Source: Podarcis erhardii
Taxonomy: Eukaryota
Strand: one strand, 5' to 3'
Length of the DNA: 64,000 bases
Assembly: GCA_964252035.1 (NCBI GenBank)
Contig: OZ176202.1
Every line of letters begins with the position of its first letter. Position 1 is the stretch's first letter. The position numbers were made by a program, and so were the translations under genes. A model generated the notes under the pieces. The model saw only the letters and a program-made list of their open reading frames with translations, searched no databases and was not told where the DNA came from. Positions 13,775 to 25,834 of this stretch are shown in pieces.

Positions 13775-16700
13775 AGTTAATCTTTAAGGAGAGGATCTTT
13801 TGAGGAGAAAGGGCTTGGCTGCTGCTGTTGCTTCTTTTGAAAGTCTGATTGGTTCAGAAAATAAGCCATTTCCCTGTGCCCCCAGAAATAACCCTGCTCA
13901 TTTCCAAGCCAGTACAACACAAGACAAGTAGGAGGAAGCTTGCCTATCTACAATTGTTTATATTGTTCTAGAGTTGTCTGGGGCATGCTGTCACTTGGGA
14001 AGTTTCATTTGAATTTCTGGTGCTCTGTTTTTGGCAAGGACTAACAGTGCTCCATTTGCAAGTTCACACAGGGAACCATGCTGTCCCGGCCCAAAGCATG
14101 TAAAAGAAATAATTGCTTTTGACTTGGCAGATGCCCCTTCCTGCACAAGGCAAGAGCGTGCCCTCAGAAACTTTTATGTGGTTACAGAGGCCTTACGTGG
14201 ACATATTCTCGCTTCACAAAGGGCACTACCAAGACTAGAACTGACATAAAAAAACTTAACATGCATTTATTTTCCCTTGGCTGCTGTCTCTTCCTTTATG
14301 AGTTTCCCCGCAATCTTGGATTTCTGCTCAGTCTCTGTAGTAATTGTGGAAAACCCAGGGAATTTTTTTAAAATGCAAGTTTCCTCTTTTTTGCCACTCT
14401 TGGCACACGTGTTCCAGGCTGCACAAATCTGACCAGGGGCTTTTCAAGGATTTAATTTCATTTCTTCTATTACCAAGACATTGACAAAACAAGGAATGAA
14501 TGGTTTGATCCTTGCTAGACAAGGAAGTAGGCAAGTGATGAGACCTGGTCTGAACACACACGATTCAACAACTTTCCTGAAGCCAAGTATGTTTGAATTT
14601 TGGTCAATGTCTGGATGCTTTTCTGCCTGGGGACCTATGTAACCTACCTTAAACTTCATGGAAGAAAGGCAAGATATAAATTGAATTAATAATGAATGAT
14701 AATAGTAGTTCATATATTTTGTTAACTTGATATTGGTAGAACAAATCCCAAGTTTATAGTAGCCTGCTAGAGATACGGCTCTCTGTATTCACTGCCATGG
14801 CTATGAGTCTTCACAGGGTTGCCTCCAAATAAATCCCTACTTCAAGAAGACCCATTGAAATTAATAAACATGAGTTGTTCATGCCCATTAATTTAAATTG
14901 GTCTACTCTAAGTAGGACTAATGTTGAATACATCCCATATGCTCAATTTTCTTTAATCCAAGATTTCTGTCTTCTGCATAGAATATTCAAAGTATTTCCA
15001 ATTGTAAATTGCTTTATAAAGCTATTTTATACTTTATTCAAAACATTGAGATCTTTTGTTAATTTTAGGTTTGTTAACATCCTTAATTTTCACATCAAGG
15101 CTGTCCAACAATTGCCCAAGGAAAGTGTTTTAAGCTCCAGTGTTAAATTATAGGTTAACACTGAAATATACCCCATACAGCATTTAAGAACTCATAATGT
15201 GCAGAGTTCAGAACCTCTTTCATGACAGGGTAGATTGAATGGGATAGTGGAGCAGTTCCACAGTACCATTTTATCCTCCAAACTGCAGGACATTGACTAA
15301 TCCAGATAACAACTGAGAGTAATGAAATCTTTTGCCAGCCACTCAGGAATTTTGGAAGGCAGCTTCTGGCAGTTTCTTTGCCAGTTAATGAAGCATAGTT
15401 TATAGGAGGAGAACTCCCTTCCATTTAAACAGATGGGCCTAATTTGGCGCTCATCATTACACAGCTGACAAAGGTGGTTTGGAAAAAGTCATGTGTGTTG
15501 GATTAGTTCACATCAAAGGTGTGGAACTATAAGGTGTGTTAAAAAGACACGAGTAAATGCAAGTCTGAACTGCAGATGATTTTGTGGCTCATCCTTGCAA
15601 GAGGAAAGGATGAAAAGTGGTTTGAGAGGAAGGACATCTGGCCTATTTCCGTACACACAGTGGTGTGCTTTAAATAAATACATTTCCCCTGTTTATGGCG
15701 ATCTGTGACTATTACGGCAATATTCTAAAACGGTTTCTGCACCCTGTCCCCATCACTGAATCTCACAATTCCTCAACATCATTCTCTGTGTTCACTCAAT
15801 CTACCTGGTTTCATGGTTTGTCTAACCCCAGTGGAGAAAACTTCTTCATTCCTCCATCTCTTCCAACAATCATAAGGGCCAGCTTCCCTGCTTGGGGGCC
15901 AGTTGACCTCTTCCTCAACCATGGCTCCATAAAATCCATCACTGAACTTTTCCTGGCAGGGCTCTTTTGCCTTTGAAACTTGCGTAACAGACAGCAAGTA
16001 GCTCTGTCGCCATACTTCAGGGATGGAAATCCTGTGGTACTCAAGATGTTACTGGAGTACAGCTCCCATCAGTCCCAGACTGCATGACTAGTGGTTATAA
16101 TCGCACTTCTAATTTTACTTCAGTGAAATTGTAGATACTGATAATTTATAACAAAAGTCATTGATTTTAAAAGCTGGAATCTTGCTTGAATACTACGGTG
16201 GTCTGTGGAACAATTCAGAATTAATGAACACCCAGGAGTCCTCTGCATGTTCAAAAGTTTGGTGTGTTCATGTGGTAGTTTTGCAATCACAAATATATCG
16301 TGAGTTGTTGAGCCTGTAAATGGGATGTCATTGATGGAATTTAGATGGACATCTGCTTAAAATAATGTTTTGGCCAGCAAATTGACATTGTAAAGATAAC
16401 ACCTTGTTAGTGATCCTATCTGTTTCCCTTCTAAATTTGGAACTGCATCCATGCACTTCACTGACAAAAAAGTTTGTACTGCTATCATCAGAGCACTGAG
16501 GAGGAAATATAGCTGTGAAAGAGCAAGTTGTGCTGTGCTGTCTCATCCATCACTGCCAGTGGCCAACTAGCATCTGATTCCACAATGTTTTATTGTGGTT
16601 ACAGATAACACAAGGTAGAATCTCTACAGCATAGACATTACCGTACAGTTTATGTTAGTGGCAGTGACAGTTCTGCACAAATTATATGCTTTGTAGGAAA

Positions 16701-17913
16701 TGAGATCTGGGTATAATTGTGGTTATCATAATTATGGCCCCAATCCTATGACTCAAGACTGTTAACAAATAGTCCTAATAGATGATATACCAGGACATAA
16801 AGACATTGTGATATTAGGGCTGCTGTTGTAAATATTATACGCTTGTTTGGTAGGAGGTATACCAGCACACATGGTTCATTAGTAGATGCTAGTCTTCTTC
16901 AGAATGTATCATCCATATAAAAAAAAAAAACCCACAAAGAAAAAAAGTTTTCCAAAATGTGATATGCAGAATATATGCTGAAATACAAAAGCAGAAAACC
17001 ATAGTTTAGTATGCTTCTGTCATGACATTCTGAGGCTGCTGCCAAATATATTTGCTCACAAATAGAGTAGAAACCCCACATGCCACTGTCTTTCAAGAAA
17101 CTTTGTATTGAAACAAGGTAATGACTCCCTCTAAGATAGGTTTGTGCATTTGTTAACTAAGGCTGTAATCCTATACATGTTTGCCTGAGTGTCAGCCATA
17201 TTTACTTATGGGCTTGCTTCTGAATAGACATGCTTTGTATTATTCTGTTAGTATTTTAATCCAGCTTTTACCAACCTGGTGCCCTACAGATGTTTTGAAG
17301 TACAACTCCTACCAGCCCAAGACAGTCCCAGTTTTAGTCCAAAAGTTATGGAGGACACCAGGCTGGTGAAGGCTGGTTAAGTCACTATATTGGCACCAGC
17401 AGTATCTTACAAATGTGTTTTATGCATTTAAAATGTCCGCCCCACACCTTGCTTACTATTGTGTGTTTTAGGCATTGGATGATATGCTAATCCATTTGAA
17501 GAATGCGGCTTGAAAGAAGTCCATGAGGATCATATGTAGTTCTAGTACAGTTACAGTATTGGGGCCATGAAGAAAGCATATGGATAGTAATTAAGTGCAG
17601 GTTCCACAGTGGATTTACAACCCACTATGAAATATTTCTGAACATCTGGATGGGTTTTCAGTTATGGTTTTTAAAAGCAAAAATACGTTGTTCTCCAGCA
17701 TGCATACACACACCAATCTGCAGACAGTTGGTTTAAAACTGAACTCAAAGGGATTTTATCTGCTCCACATACCCTTTGTGGTTTCAGTTATGGTGCCATA
17801 CCATTTACAGTGCTTTGATTTCTTCATGGTTTGTCATTTTTCAGTACTATGCAAGGTCTTAATTACTGCAAAATAGCTTGTAAACAAAGAATTCTGTGAT
17901 CATTTGCTTTATA

Positions 17914-17918
<5 letters not shown>

Positions 17919-17958
<40 letters not shown>
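17919..17958. repeat. (TG)20 microsatellite
   Basis: Direct reading of the sequence. Confidence 0.97.
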
Positions 17959-17961
<3 letters not shown>

Positions 17962-18929
17962 AAAAGGCATCACTTGGGACAGGAATGCCCAAAATGAGTT
18001 GTTGTTGTTGTTGTTGTTTTTAAAAAAGGCCCATAGAAAATGTGCTCCTCTAGGTCCTTCTTTACATACATATGTAAAACAATTCCCTCCACTTTTTCCT
18101 TTTGGGTCCCTGGTAGCTCTGCCACTGTGCCCTCTGGCCTGGTGGCCTGTTTCTTAACTCCAGATTGGTTCATAGTAAGGTACACTCATTCATAACTTGA
18201 TCAAAGATGGGTGGGGGGAGCTAACACAGAGGTGGATTTAGGGGACCATGACTGGTTCGCCTGCATTGTGCACTGAGCTGAGAGGGCGCCACAGGGGATG
18301 CCACAACAATGACTTAGAACAGAAGGCAGAGGGAATTTTCATGTCACACAGGGCACCACTGAAATTTGGCTAACATGTATTATTTGAGCGGCCAAGTGAG
18401 CAGGGTTGACTTAACCCAGTTGTGCCCCCTCCGAGTTCTTGGTTGAGCATCAACACAAGCTAGAGGACAGGAAGGTATCCCACCCAGCAGCCTCTTTGAC
18501 TGTGTTGGAAGAGCTGGTCTCAGAGGTGGGATTGGTAAAACCTAAAATGTTGTGTCATGGGATTTCAGCAGTCACACTGAGGCTGCCTTGAATGAATCGG
18601 CTTAGAACTTCATGTCTCGGTGTGTCATTTTCCTCATACACTGGGCAAGGCATATCCTCATTGCAGTCTTTGCCTCAGCATAAGAAGGATGGTCTGCAAG
18701 TAGGGATAGTGCAATAACCCTGATCAGAATGTTTCCTGCTGAGGTTAGGTGTGGCATGAACTGTTTCCACCTATATTGCCTGCCCCATGAGATTTATGGT
18801 ACCTCGGAGATTCATGAATGCTGTGGGGGATTTTCCAATGGCCAGAGCTGGGGAATGGAACTTGCTGGGGAATGGGAACGTGTGTCATGCTGTTGACACT
18901 GTTGCTTCTGAATTACCTCTTCAGTGCTG

Positions 18930-19262
18930 GGGATGAGATAATTATTGGGAGAGGGACAGGTGGAGTGTAACCCTTCTATTTCTCCTTGATCTTTCAGTGG
19001 CTTTTGATACCATTTGTCATGGTATTCTACTGGACCCAACTCTATGTGTGGGAGTATGAGACCCTGTGTTACATTTTCCCCAGTCCTACCTACGGGCCTA
19101 GTTTCCTAAAATGGCATTGGGTAACTGTAATTTGGTCCTGTGGGTGGTCCAGGGTTCGTTCTTTTCTGCAGGGTTCTTTAACATCTTTATGAAGCCATTG
19201 GGAATAGTTGGGGGGGGGGAGGTGTCACCATTATGTGGATAATCCAGATCTCTAATTTACAT
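18930..19262 (+). mobile_element. Degenerate L2 reverse-transcriptase fragment (approximate bounds)
   Basis: Decayed motifs LLDLSVAFDTI.HGILL, FNIFMKPLG and CHHYVD (from CHQYADD), with frameshifts. Confidence 0.75.
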
Positions 19263-19295
19263 CATGAACCAGGTGTGGAATTGCAGGTCCTGGAC

Positions 19296-19431
19296 CAGGC
19301 ATAGGCAAACTTGGCCCACCAGATGTTTTGGGACTACAACTCCAATGATCCCCAGCTAACAGGACCAGTGGTCAGGGATGATGGGAATTGTACTCCCAAA
19401 ACATCTGGAGGGCCGAGTTTGCCTATGCCTG
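19296..19431. mobile_element. Palindromic non-autonomous hAT MITE, 136 bp
   Basis: CAGGCATAGGCAAAC / GTTTGCCTATGCCTG inverted termini; 8-bp target-site duplication TCCTGGAC/ACCTGGAC. Confidence 0.9.
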
Positions 19432-20311
19432 ACCTGGACAGTACTTGAATTTGGTGGTGGGCTGGATGAGAGCCTAGATTTAGTAAGAGGATGGATAGGA
19501 GCCACTAATATTTTACAGCACGACACTGAATTAAAGGCAACAAGACTGTTCCTCAAGTCTTTCACAGCCCTGCACCATAGTGGTTAGTAGTTAACAAAGC
19601 TTATAAATATATTGACCTCAGATTGTCCATGCCAAAAGAGACAGGAGGGTATTGCAGTACGCAGCATAATGATGAGAATTTGCCTGTTACAGAGCTCTTT
19701 AAAGAAATAGGGAGAATTGGGCGATGGCCCTGTTTATGCATGTATGGATTCATGCAAAAACAATGCAAAAATTAAATGGAATGCTACCCAGACAAGTATT
19801 ATCTTGTCTCATGGTTTTTTGCTGAAGAAATGGCACACTTTGAATTAAGGCATCAAAATCTTGAAGGTGGTGTCAGAACTGTCAGAATGTCTTTAGTAAT
19901 ACTGTTGTTGAAGTATACATTTCTTTGAACATTGCTATGGAAAAGGGAATGCAAAGAATAAATTTTTGGTTGCTCTATTTTTTTCACTCTTTTTAAAGAA
20001 TGCTTTCTTTTAATAATTAATTTGAAATATTTTCTGAGCAGGGCACAAATGAGATATATATATAAAATCATTATCACATTGAATTTGTTAATGCCATACT
20101 AACTGTTTTACTGTCCTCTTGTAAAATGTTTAATGAATCCATATCAGCAATTTACTCAAACAATTATTACTGGATACAGCTGATTTTAAGCCCTAAATCT
20201 AAGTATTAGTCAAGCAGTATTGTCACAGTTTAAACACAGAACTACAAAATATTGCTGTGTAGTCGCTTCATGAATTAATTTTCTGCGAGGAAGGCAGTTG
20301 TGCACTGGAAC

Positions 20312-20704
20312 CAGTGTTTGAAACTCCCATTGTTCTAGGCACATTTTGCGACAGGGAATTTCATTAGTGTGAGCAGTTTCTGAGCTCTGGGCGCAGTACC
20401 GCGCCTAAGATTTCAGATTAAAACCGCAGAGTGGAAGGAAGGGAGGACCTTTTTCTGCCTCCCCACTTCCAGCTGCTCTCTGAAGACTGGAGAAGAAACC
20501 CTCTTAAGAATATTAGGGGGGTGAGCAAGGGAAGGACTAGACCATGTGTAAATTGAACATAATATTTTAGCTGCAGTGCATTCATTTTCAGCTTTGCATT
20601 CTTGTTATTAAAAAAGCACGCCTAGACATTCTATTGTTGTGCCTATAACCTAGGTTTAAGGTGCCATTTAGCTGCTAGCTTTCATATCTCAGTTTCTAAC
20701 ACTG
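20312..20704 (+). mobile_element. Non-autonomous hAT element, 393 bp (family also at 45359-45786 and 25866-26007)
   Basis: CAGTGTTTGAAAC / GTTTCTAACACTG termini; target-site duplication ACTGGAAC/ACTGGAGG; aligns with the second full copy. Confidence 0.88.
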
Positions 20705-21757
20705 ACTGGAGGGGAAATTAGTTAGCAGAATTTTGTGTTTAATCCTCTTGCTTTTCTCAGCAATTCCCTAATGACATAGGGTTTCCAGCAAGCAAGGTCA
20801 TTACACTGAAGATCCAATCAAGGTGCATGTGATCTCTGACCAAAATACACTGAAAATTACCAGTAGAAAATGAAGATAAACTGTTTCTAGGAAGTTTCAG
20901 ATTTTGCTTTGTTTTATGGTTTTTGATAAGTCCTGAGCAAGATTGTTTTGTCTCTGAGGTGACAAGAAGCCGCCCATTTACATGTCCTTTTAGGGCTGTA
21001 GCACAAATGTTTCCATCACTGAGGTTTAAAGTTACATAGAATTGGTTCAGGAAAGTGTATGTCACATAGACAATGTGGCTAAATGAAAGAGTTGTTTTAT
21101 TCATCATATCATTTTTTGACATTTCTTTTTTGTTTTTGTAGAATGTACTAAATTCGTTTTTCAAATGTTGACTAAAACACTCAACTGTTCTGTGAACTAA
21201 GAAGCAGATGATTCTGTGGTGTTTGCTTCCCCCCACCTTCCCAGCTGCAAATATAATTTCCAGCAGCCACTGCACTTGCAATCCTGAGAGCCCATTTAAG
21301 GACATGCAAAGACTTGTGAACCTTCTGTGGGCATTTTAACTCATTGTTTTCTTACTAACAGCAGCTCCCCAGGCTCCTATGAGTTCCAAAAGCATTTTCT
21401 CTAATAGTTTGAGTGCCTGCTGTTCGGTGGTTGGTGTGGGAATTCAGAGTCTCACTGTGTGTACCCTAACTTTAGAAACCATTGTTTTTTAAGTTTAGCT
21501 GAGAAATGAAAGACACTTCAGTTATTCCTTTAAAAAGAAAGAAAGATATATTCAAATCGTTTCCCATAGTTTCTTTTCTGGCTCGTGGCATTTACCTTTC
21601 AAAGTTTTTTCTGAGTTTTCCCAAATAGATCTTTCAGTATTAAACACCTTTACTTGAAAGGCAGTGAGGGAACCGCCAGAAGACCCTTGGAGGTAACTAA
21701 CCACAGATTGTCTAGGTTTGGAAATAATGACAAATTACAGTTACTTGAAAATGGAGG

Positions 21758-21758
<1 letters not shown>

Positions 21759-21799
<41 letters not shown>

Positions 21800-22110
21800 T
21801 TATTTCTTGTACTCTGCTCATTTTACTCAGTTGCCCCAGCCACTCTGCGCAGCTTCCAACAGTATGTAAAAGAACACAACAAAACATCAGGGATTAAAAG
21901 CTTCCTGATACAGGGCTGCCTTCACATGTCTGTGGAGAGTCGTATAATGGTTTATCTCTTTGACATCTAAAGGGAGGGTGTTCTACAGGATGGGTGCCCC
22001 TACCAGGAAGGCCCTCTGCCTGGTTCCCTGTAACTTCACTTCTTGCAATGAGGAAACTGCCATAAGGCCCTTGGAGCTGAATGGGCTGAACGATGAGGGT
22101 GGAGATGCAC
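21759..22110 (-). mobile_element. L2 LINE 3' fragment with (TAT)n/(ATA)n tail
   Basis: (ATA)n at 21759-21799; the antisense translation gives TRQRAFLVGAPIL..LP.DVKE...RHVKAALYQEAF, the L2 ORF C-terminus. Confidence 0.85.
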
Positions 22111-22193
22111 ATTATGCTAAATTTCCAAGGACAGAGACACTGCAGCCCTCCAAATGTTGTTGGAGTACAGCTTCCATCAGCCTTGATCATTGG

Positions 22194-22587
22194 CAGGGGC
22201 GTCTTACCCATAGAGGCTAGAGGTACGGGGCGCCAAGTTCTGGAGGGCGCCAGGGAAGAGGAGGAGGCTGGACACTGCACCTCCCAGCATCAGCTCACTG
22301 CCCCCTCCCACCTCCGCCATATCGCGCCAAAGCAGCGCCACGCGTGGAGCCTCTGTCTGCCGTGGCCACCACAGCACGAAGCGGCCAGCTGAGCCGGGAG
22401 GCGTCGCGGCCAGCCTCTGCCTCTTCCCCGTCAGAAGAGCCACCCTCTAATCGCTGCTTGCCTCCTCCTGCCCCGCCAGCAGTACCGTCCTCCCTAAAAA
22501 AGGTGGACAACTCTGGGAAACGGGGGGGGGGGGCAGCGCTGGAGGGAGCATTGCACCACGGCACCAGATATGCTTAAAACGGCCGTG
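22194..22587. mobile_element. GC-rich non-autonomous hAT element inserted into a palindromic MITE (halves at about 22140-22193 and 22596-22625)
   Basis: CAGGGGCGTCTT / AAAACGGCCGTG termini; target-site duplication ATCATTGG/ATTATTGG. Confidence 0.75.
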
Positions 22588-25500
22588 ATTATTGGCCATG
22601 TTGGCTGGAGCTGATGGGAGATGGAGTCCGACTAGTATCAAAATTCCCATTTTCTCTGCTAAATTGTCATTTCCCATTCTATGGGGAAATAGTAAAGGGT
22701 CCTATAAGTAGGCCAATCTATAGCATGTTACTCAGAACTAAGTCCCATTGAATTCAGTGGGCTTAAGACAGTAAGCTTAAGACTGAACACTAGTGTGTTT
22801 GTGGAAAAGGTAAAATTTGAACTCTTAGGTACCAACTAAACCAGCTTCCCAGTTAAAGTAATGATGCTTACTTGAAATATGGGTACCCCCAATAAAAATT
22901 TAAAATTCGGCTGTGTAATTTGGTATTTATGTAATTTGGTTTGATTTGATGTGATTGGTCGGTTAATAAAAAATTATTCTTAAAGTAACGATGCTTAAAT
23001 GTTCCACTCTAAAGTTTATAAATATTTTTTACCTGAAATTTTGCTGATGAGAAATAAAATGAGGAAAACTTTTACTTCATTTTATTTGTGCTTTCTGTAT
23101 GAACACAAATTATACACGCGTTTCTTGGGAGAAATTATGTGTTGGCAAAATGTGCTGCTTTTCGTGGGGTTTTTCTCCTCCATTTGTTACCTGCAAAACT
23201 GTTAATTTTCCAAGAAAATTAAAGACAAAGATGCAACAGAAACATAGCATTGGCTCACCAATCTTCCTTACTCAGCAAGAGACAGCTAGATTGCATCTGT
23301 TTGGCCTTTGCTGACTACTGGTTTCAGAGAGCCCAGATCACATAAATCCGGTGTTTCTGTCTTCACCACCCTATTATATGGGTGATGGCCAGCATTAGTT
23401 GTCAGCAAAATAATGCCATTTAAAGTAGGCCTGGATATACAAAACTGATTGTTAGCACCTCTGTTTTGAGTAAGCTTTTTTCAATTTTTAAAATTTTCAT
23501 AGAAGCACAAGTAGGAATGAATGTTGTTTAAGTGATTTCAGTGTAAATAATTGTGGAGATTGCTGTTCACAGAGCCTGATGTGAAACTTCTTTGAAATGT
23601 GCTAATTCATCAGACCTTTCTCTCTTGTCAGTCTGCATTTTATCAGCATCGCTGCTTGTATGTAGGGGGAGACAAAAAGAATGGATTGCCACTGTGGCTT
23701 TTAAAACACATCAGCCAGGACAGATGAATACCTATTGTTAGGTGTTGTAGTGTCCATATTTCTTTTGGTTCAGTGCTGTTTCTCCTCGCAACAGGATGCA
23801 GAGGTCATATTGCAAGTTGAAAGGTCTAATTATGGCTGACCACAATTACGTCACCTTGGATATAATCTTAGTAGAAAAGGTAGCTGAAGCACGTTACAAA
23901 TAAAGACAATGAATTAAGAAGGTATTGGATTAAATTTAGATTTAACATAGATGTATCTGTATAGTGCTAGATTACAATGTTTCAGAAAGATGGTTTAATT
24001 TGTTTGAGGAAGTGCAGTGGCAACTGATACAATATTCCACTCTGTTCTCGAGATTTTACTTCTGAGTGTGAAAATGCCTTTTGAGAAACCATAGTGAATC
24101 CTATCAGAGTATTGTGAGTACTTTGTTTTATTTGCAACCACCATGTCAAAAGCTAGGGTAGCATGTTTCTTTCTCAGTTTTGGGGTAATTGGGTTGGTTT
24201 AAGGACAGCCCTGCTCTTAAGAATTTAGTTACTGGCTTGATGCCTTGGTCCTAAAATGCATTAAAAAAAAGCATTCTCTCCAACAGCAGGTGACCATTTT
24301 TTCTCCACCCACCCAATCCCTCCCAGAATCAGAAGATTTGGGTGGCTGTTAAGTTTGGGGATTGACTTACATCCTGAACTAAGTCAGTGGTTGATGCCTT
24401 TGGTTGTAAGATAATACGATTGCTCAAAGTAAATTAACCAGTGAACAGATGCCAGATTAATTTTTGTTACTACTTCTGATTCTGCTCTCTATTTCTTTTT
24501 GGGGTGTGCGTGTGTGAGAGCTTGGAAGGGGTGGCCTAGAGCAAAAATATATATTAAATGGACTTTGGTTTGTATGTTTCGTTAGGTATGCCAAATGCTT
24601 GGCAAAGCATTATATCAAACATTATTGCAGATTGGAAGGCCGCAGGATACAGAGAAATAGTTATAAAACTGATAAGGAAAACTGTGGATCCTCCTTCCTG
24701 GACAGCAATCGATAATTCTTAGAATACTGAATATGTGACATACATTAATTTTGCCAGCCAAAATTACTTCTTCTTTTTTAAAAAAAGTTTTTCTTGGCCC
24801 ACTCAGGAAATATATATGGTAGAGCATTCTACTACTTTAACCCTATTATAAACAGATACATCTGCTTATCTGTTTTTACTAGAGAGCCTGGCTGTGCAAT
24901 CCCATACATGTCCACTTACAAGTAAGCTCTATTGAGCTCAGTGGGGCTTCCTCCAAGGGATTACTGTACATAAGATAACCCCCCCTTTTTTAGGCTCAGT
25001 GGTATTTCCCCCAAAGTTATCTGCTATTAGATTGCATTTAAAGTATCAAGGATGTGTGTGTGCATTCTTATGCACTGGATAACCTCAACACACTTCAGTC
25101 ATGATGTTCTCTACAAAGCCAATATTTTTTAGGTGGGTGGGGCAACAGCGATTGATAACTTTCTGTGTCATTTCTAGTAGATGACAGAGAAGGCATGCCA
25201 ACCTGCCTGTTTTTTAAGAACCTGTGGTGCCTGTACCTATTCTTTGTCTAGGATATAGCCATTGTTTTTAGCTGTTGTTATATATGGGAAATTTAAAAAT
25301 TGTTTGTATATGTTGAATTGTTTTATTGTTTATGTTTTTACTATGAAATTGCTTCAGCCTATTTTATGGGATATTCATGACTGAATGAATGAATTGGGGT
25401 CCATGGCAAGGGGATTCACGGAGGGCTTTTCTCTGTAGCAACTCCATGCCCATAGCATGACCTCCCCTCTAAGGTGTGTCTCTCTTCAACTGTTTTCTTT

Positions 25501-25657
25501 TTGTCCGGAGGTGAAAATGCACCTCTGTCCAGGCCTTCAGGGTGGGGTGTATTAAGTACCAAGAATGCCTTTGCTGTGGCTGCTTTGTTGTTTTACTGTG
25601 TTGTGATTTTACGACGAACTATACTGATGATGAAATACTTCGTTTTAGCTTTTTATT

Positions 25658-25834
25658 CAAAACAAAACAAATTCCTTCCAGTAGCACCTTAAAGACCAAC
25701 TAAGTCAGTTCTTGGTATGAGCTTTCGTGTGCATGCACACTTCTTCAGATACCAAGAACTGACTTAGTTGGTCTTTAAGGTGCTACTGGAAGGAATTTGT
25801 TTTGTTTTGACTATGGCAGACCAACACGGCTACC
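25658..25834. mobile_element. Penelope-like element fragment with an inverted pseudo-LTR arrangement
   Basis: gagctttcgtgtgcatgcacacttcttcag and ccagtagcaccttaaagaccaac are what I recall as squamate Penelope pLTR sequence; two opposed copies; 13-bp flanking duplication TTAGCTTTTTATT (25645-25657, 25835-25847). Confidence 0.85.
25714..25753 (-). ncRNA. Minimal type I hammerhead ribozyme motif (Penelope-associated)
   Basis: The minus strand reads GGUAU-CUGAAGA-A-GUGUG(CAUG)CACAC-GAA-AGCU-C-AUACC: helix I, catalytic core, helix II, palindromic loopless helix III, and a predicted cleavage after C at 25719. Confidence 0.8.

Noticed and set aside
22093-22677. Cluster of overlapping GC-rich ORFs and a CpG-island-like patch
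   Set aside because: It falls within the hAT element 22194-22587; high GC explains the scarcity of stops.
25612-25645. CTGATGA-T-GAAA just upstream of the Penelope insertion, resembling a second hammerhead core
   Set aside because: There is no helix II between CUGAUGA and GAAA and no convincing helix III or cleavage triplet; treated as chance.
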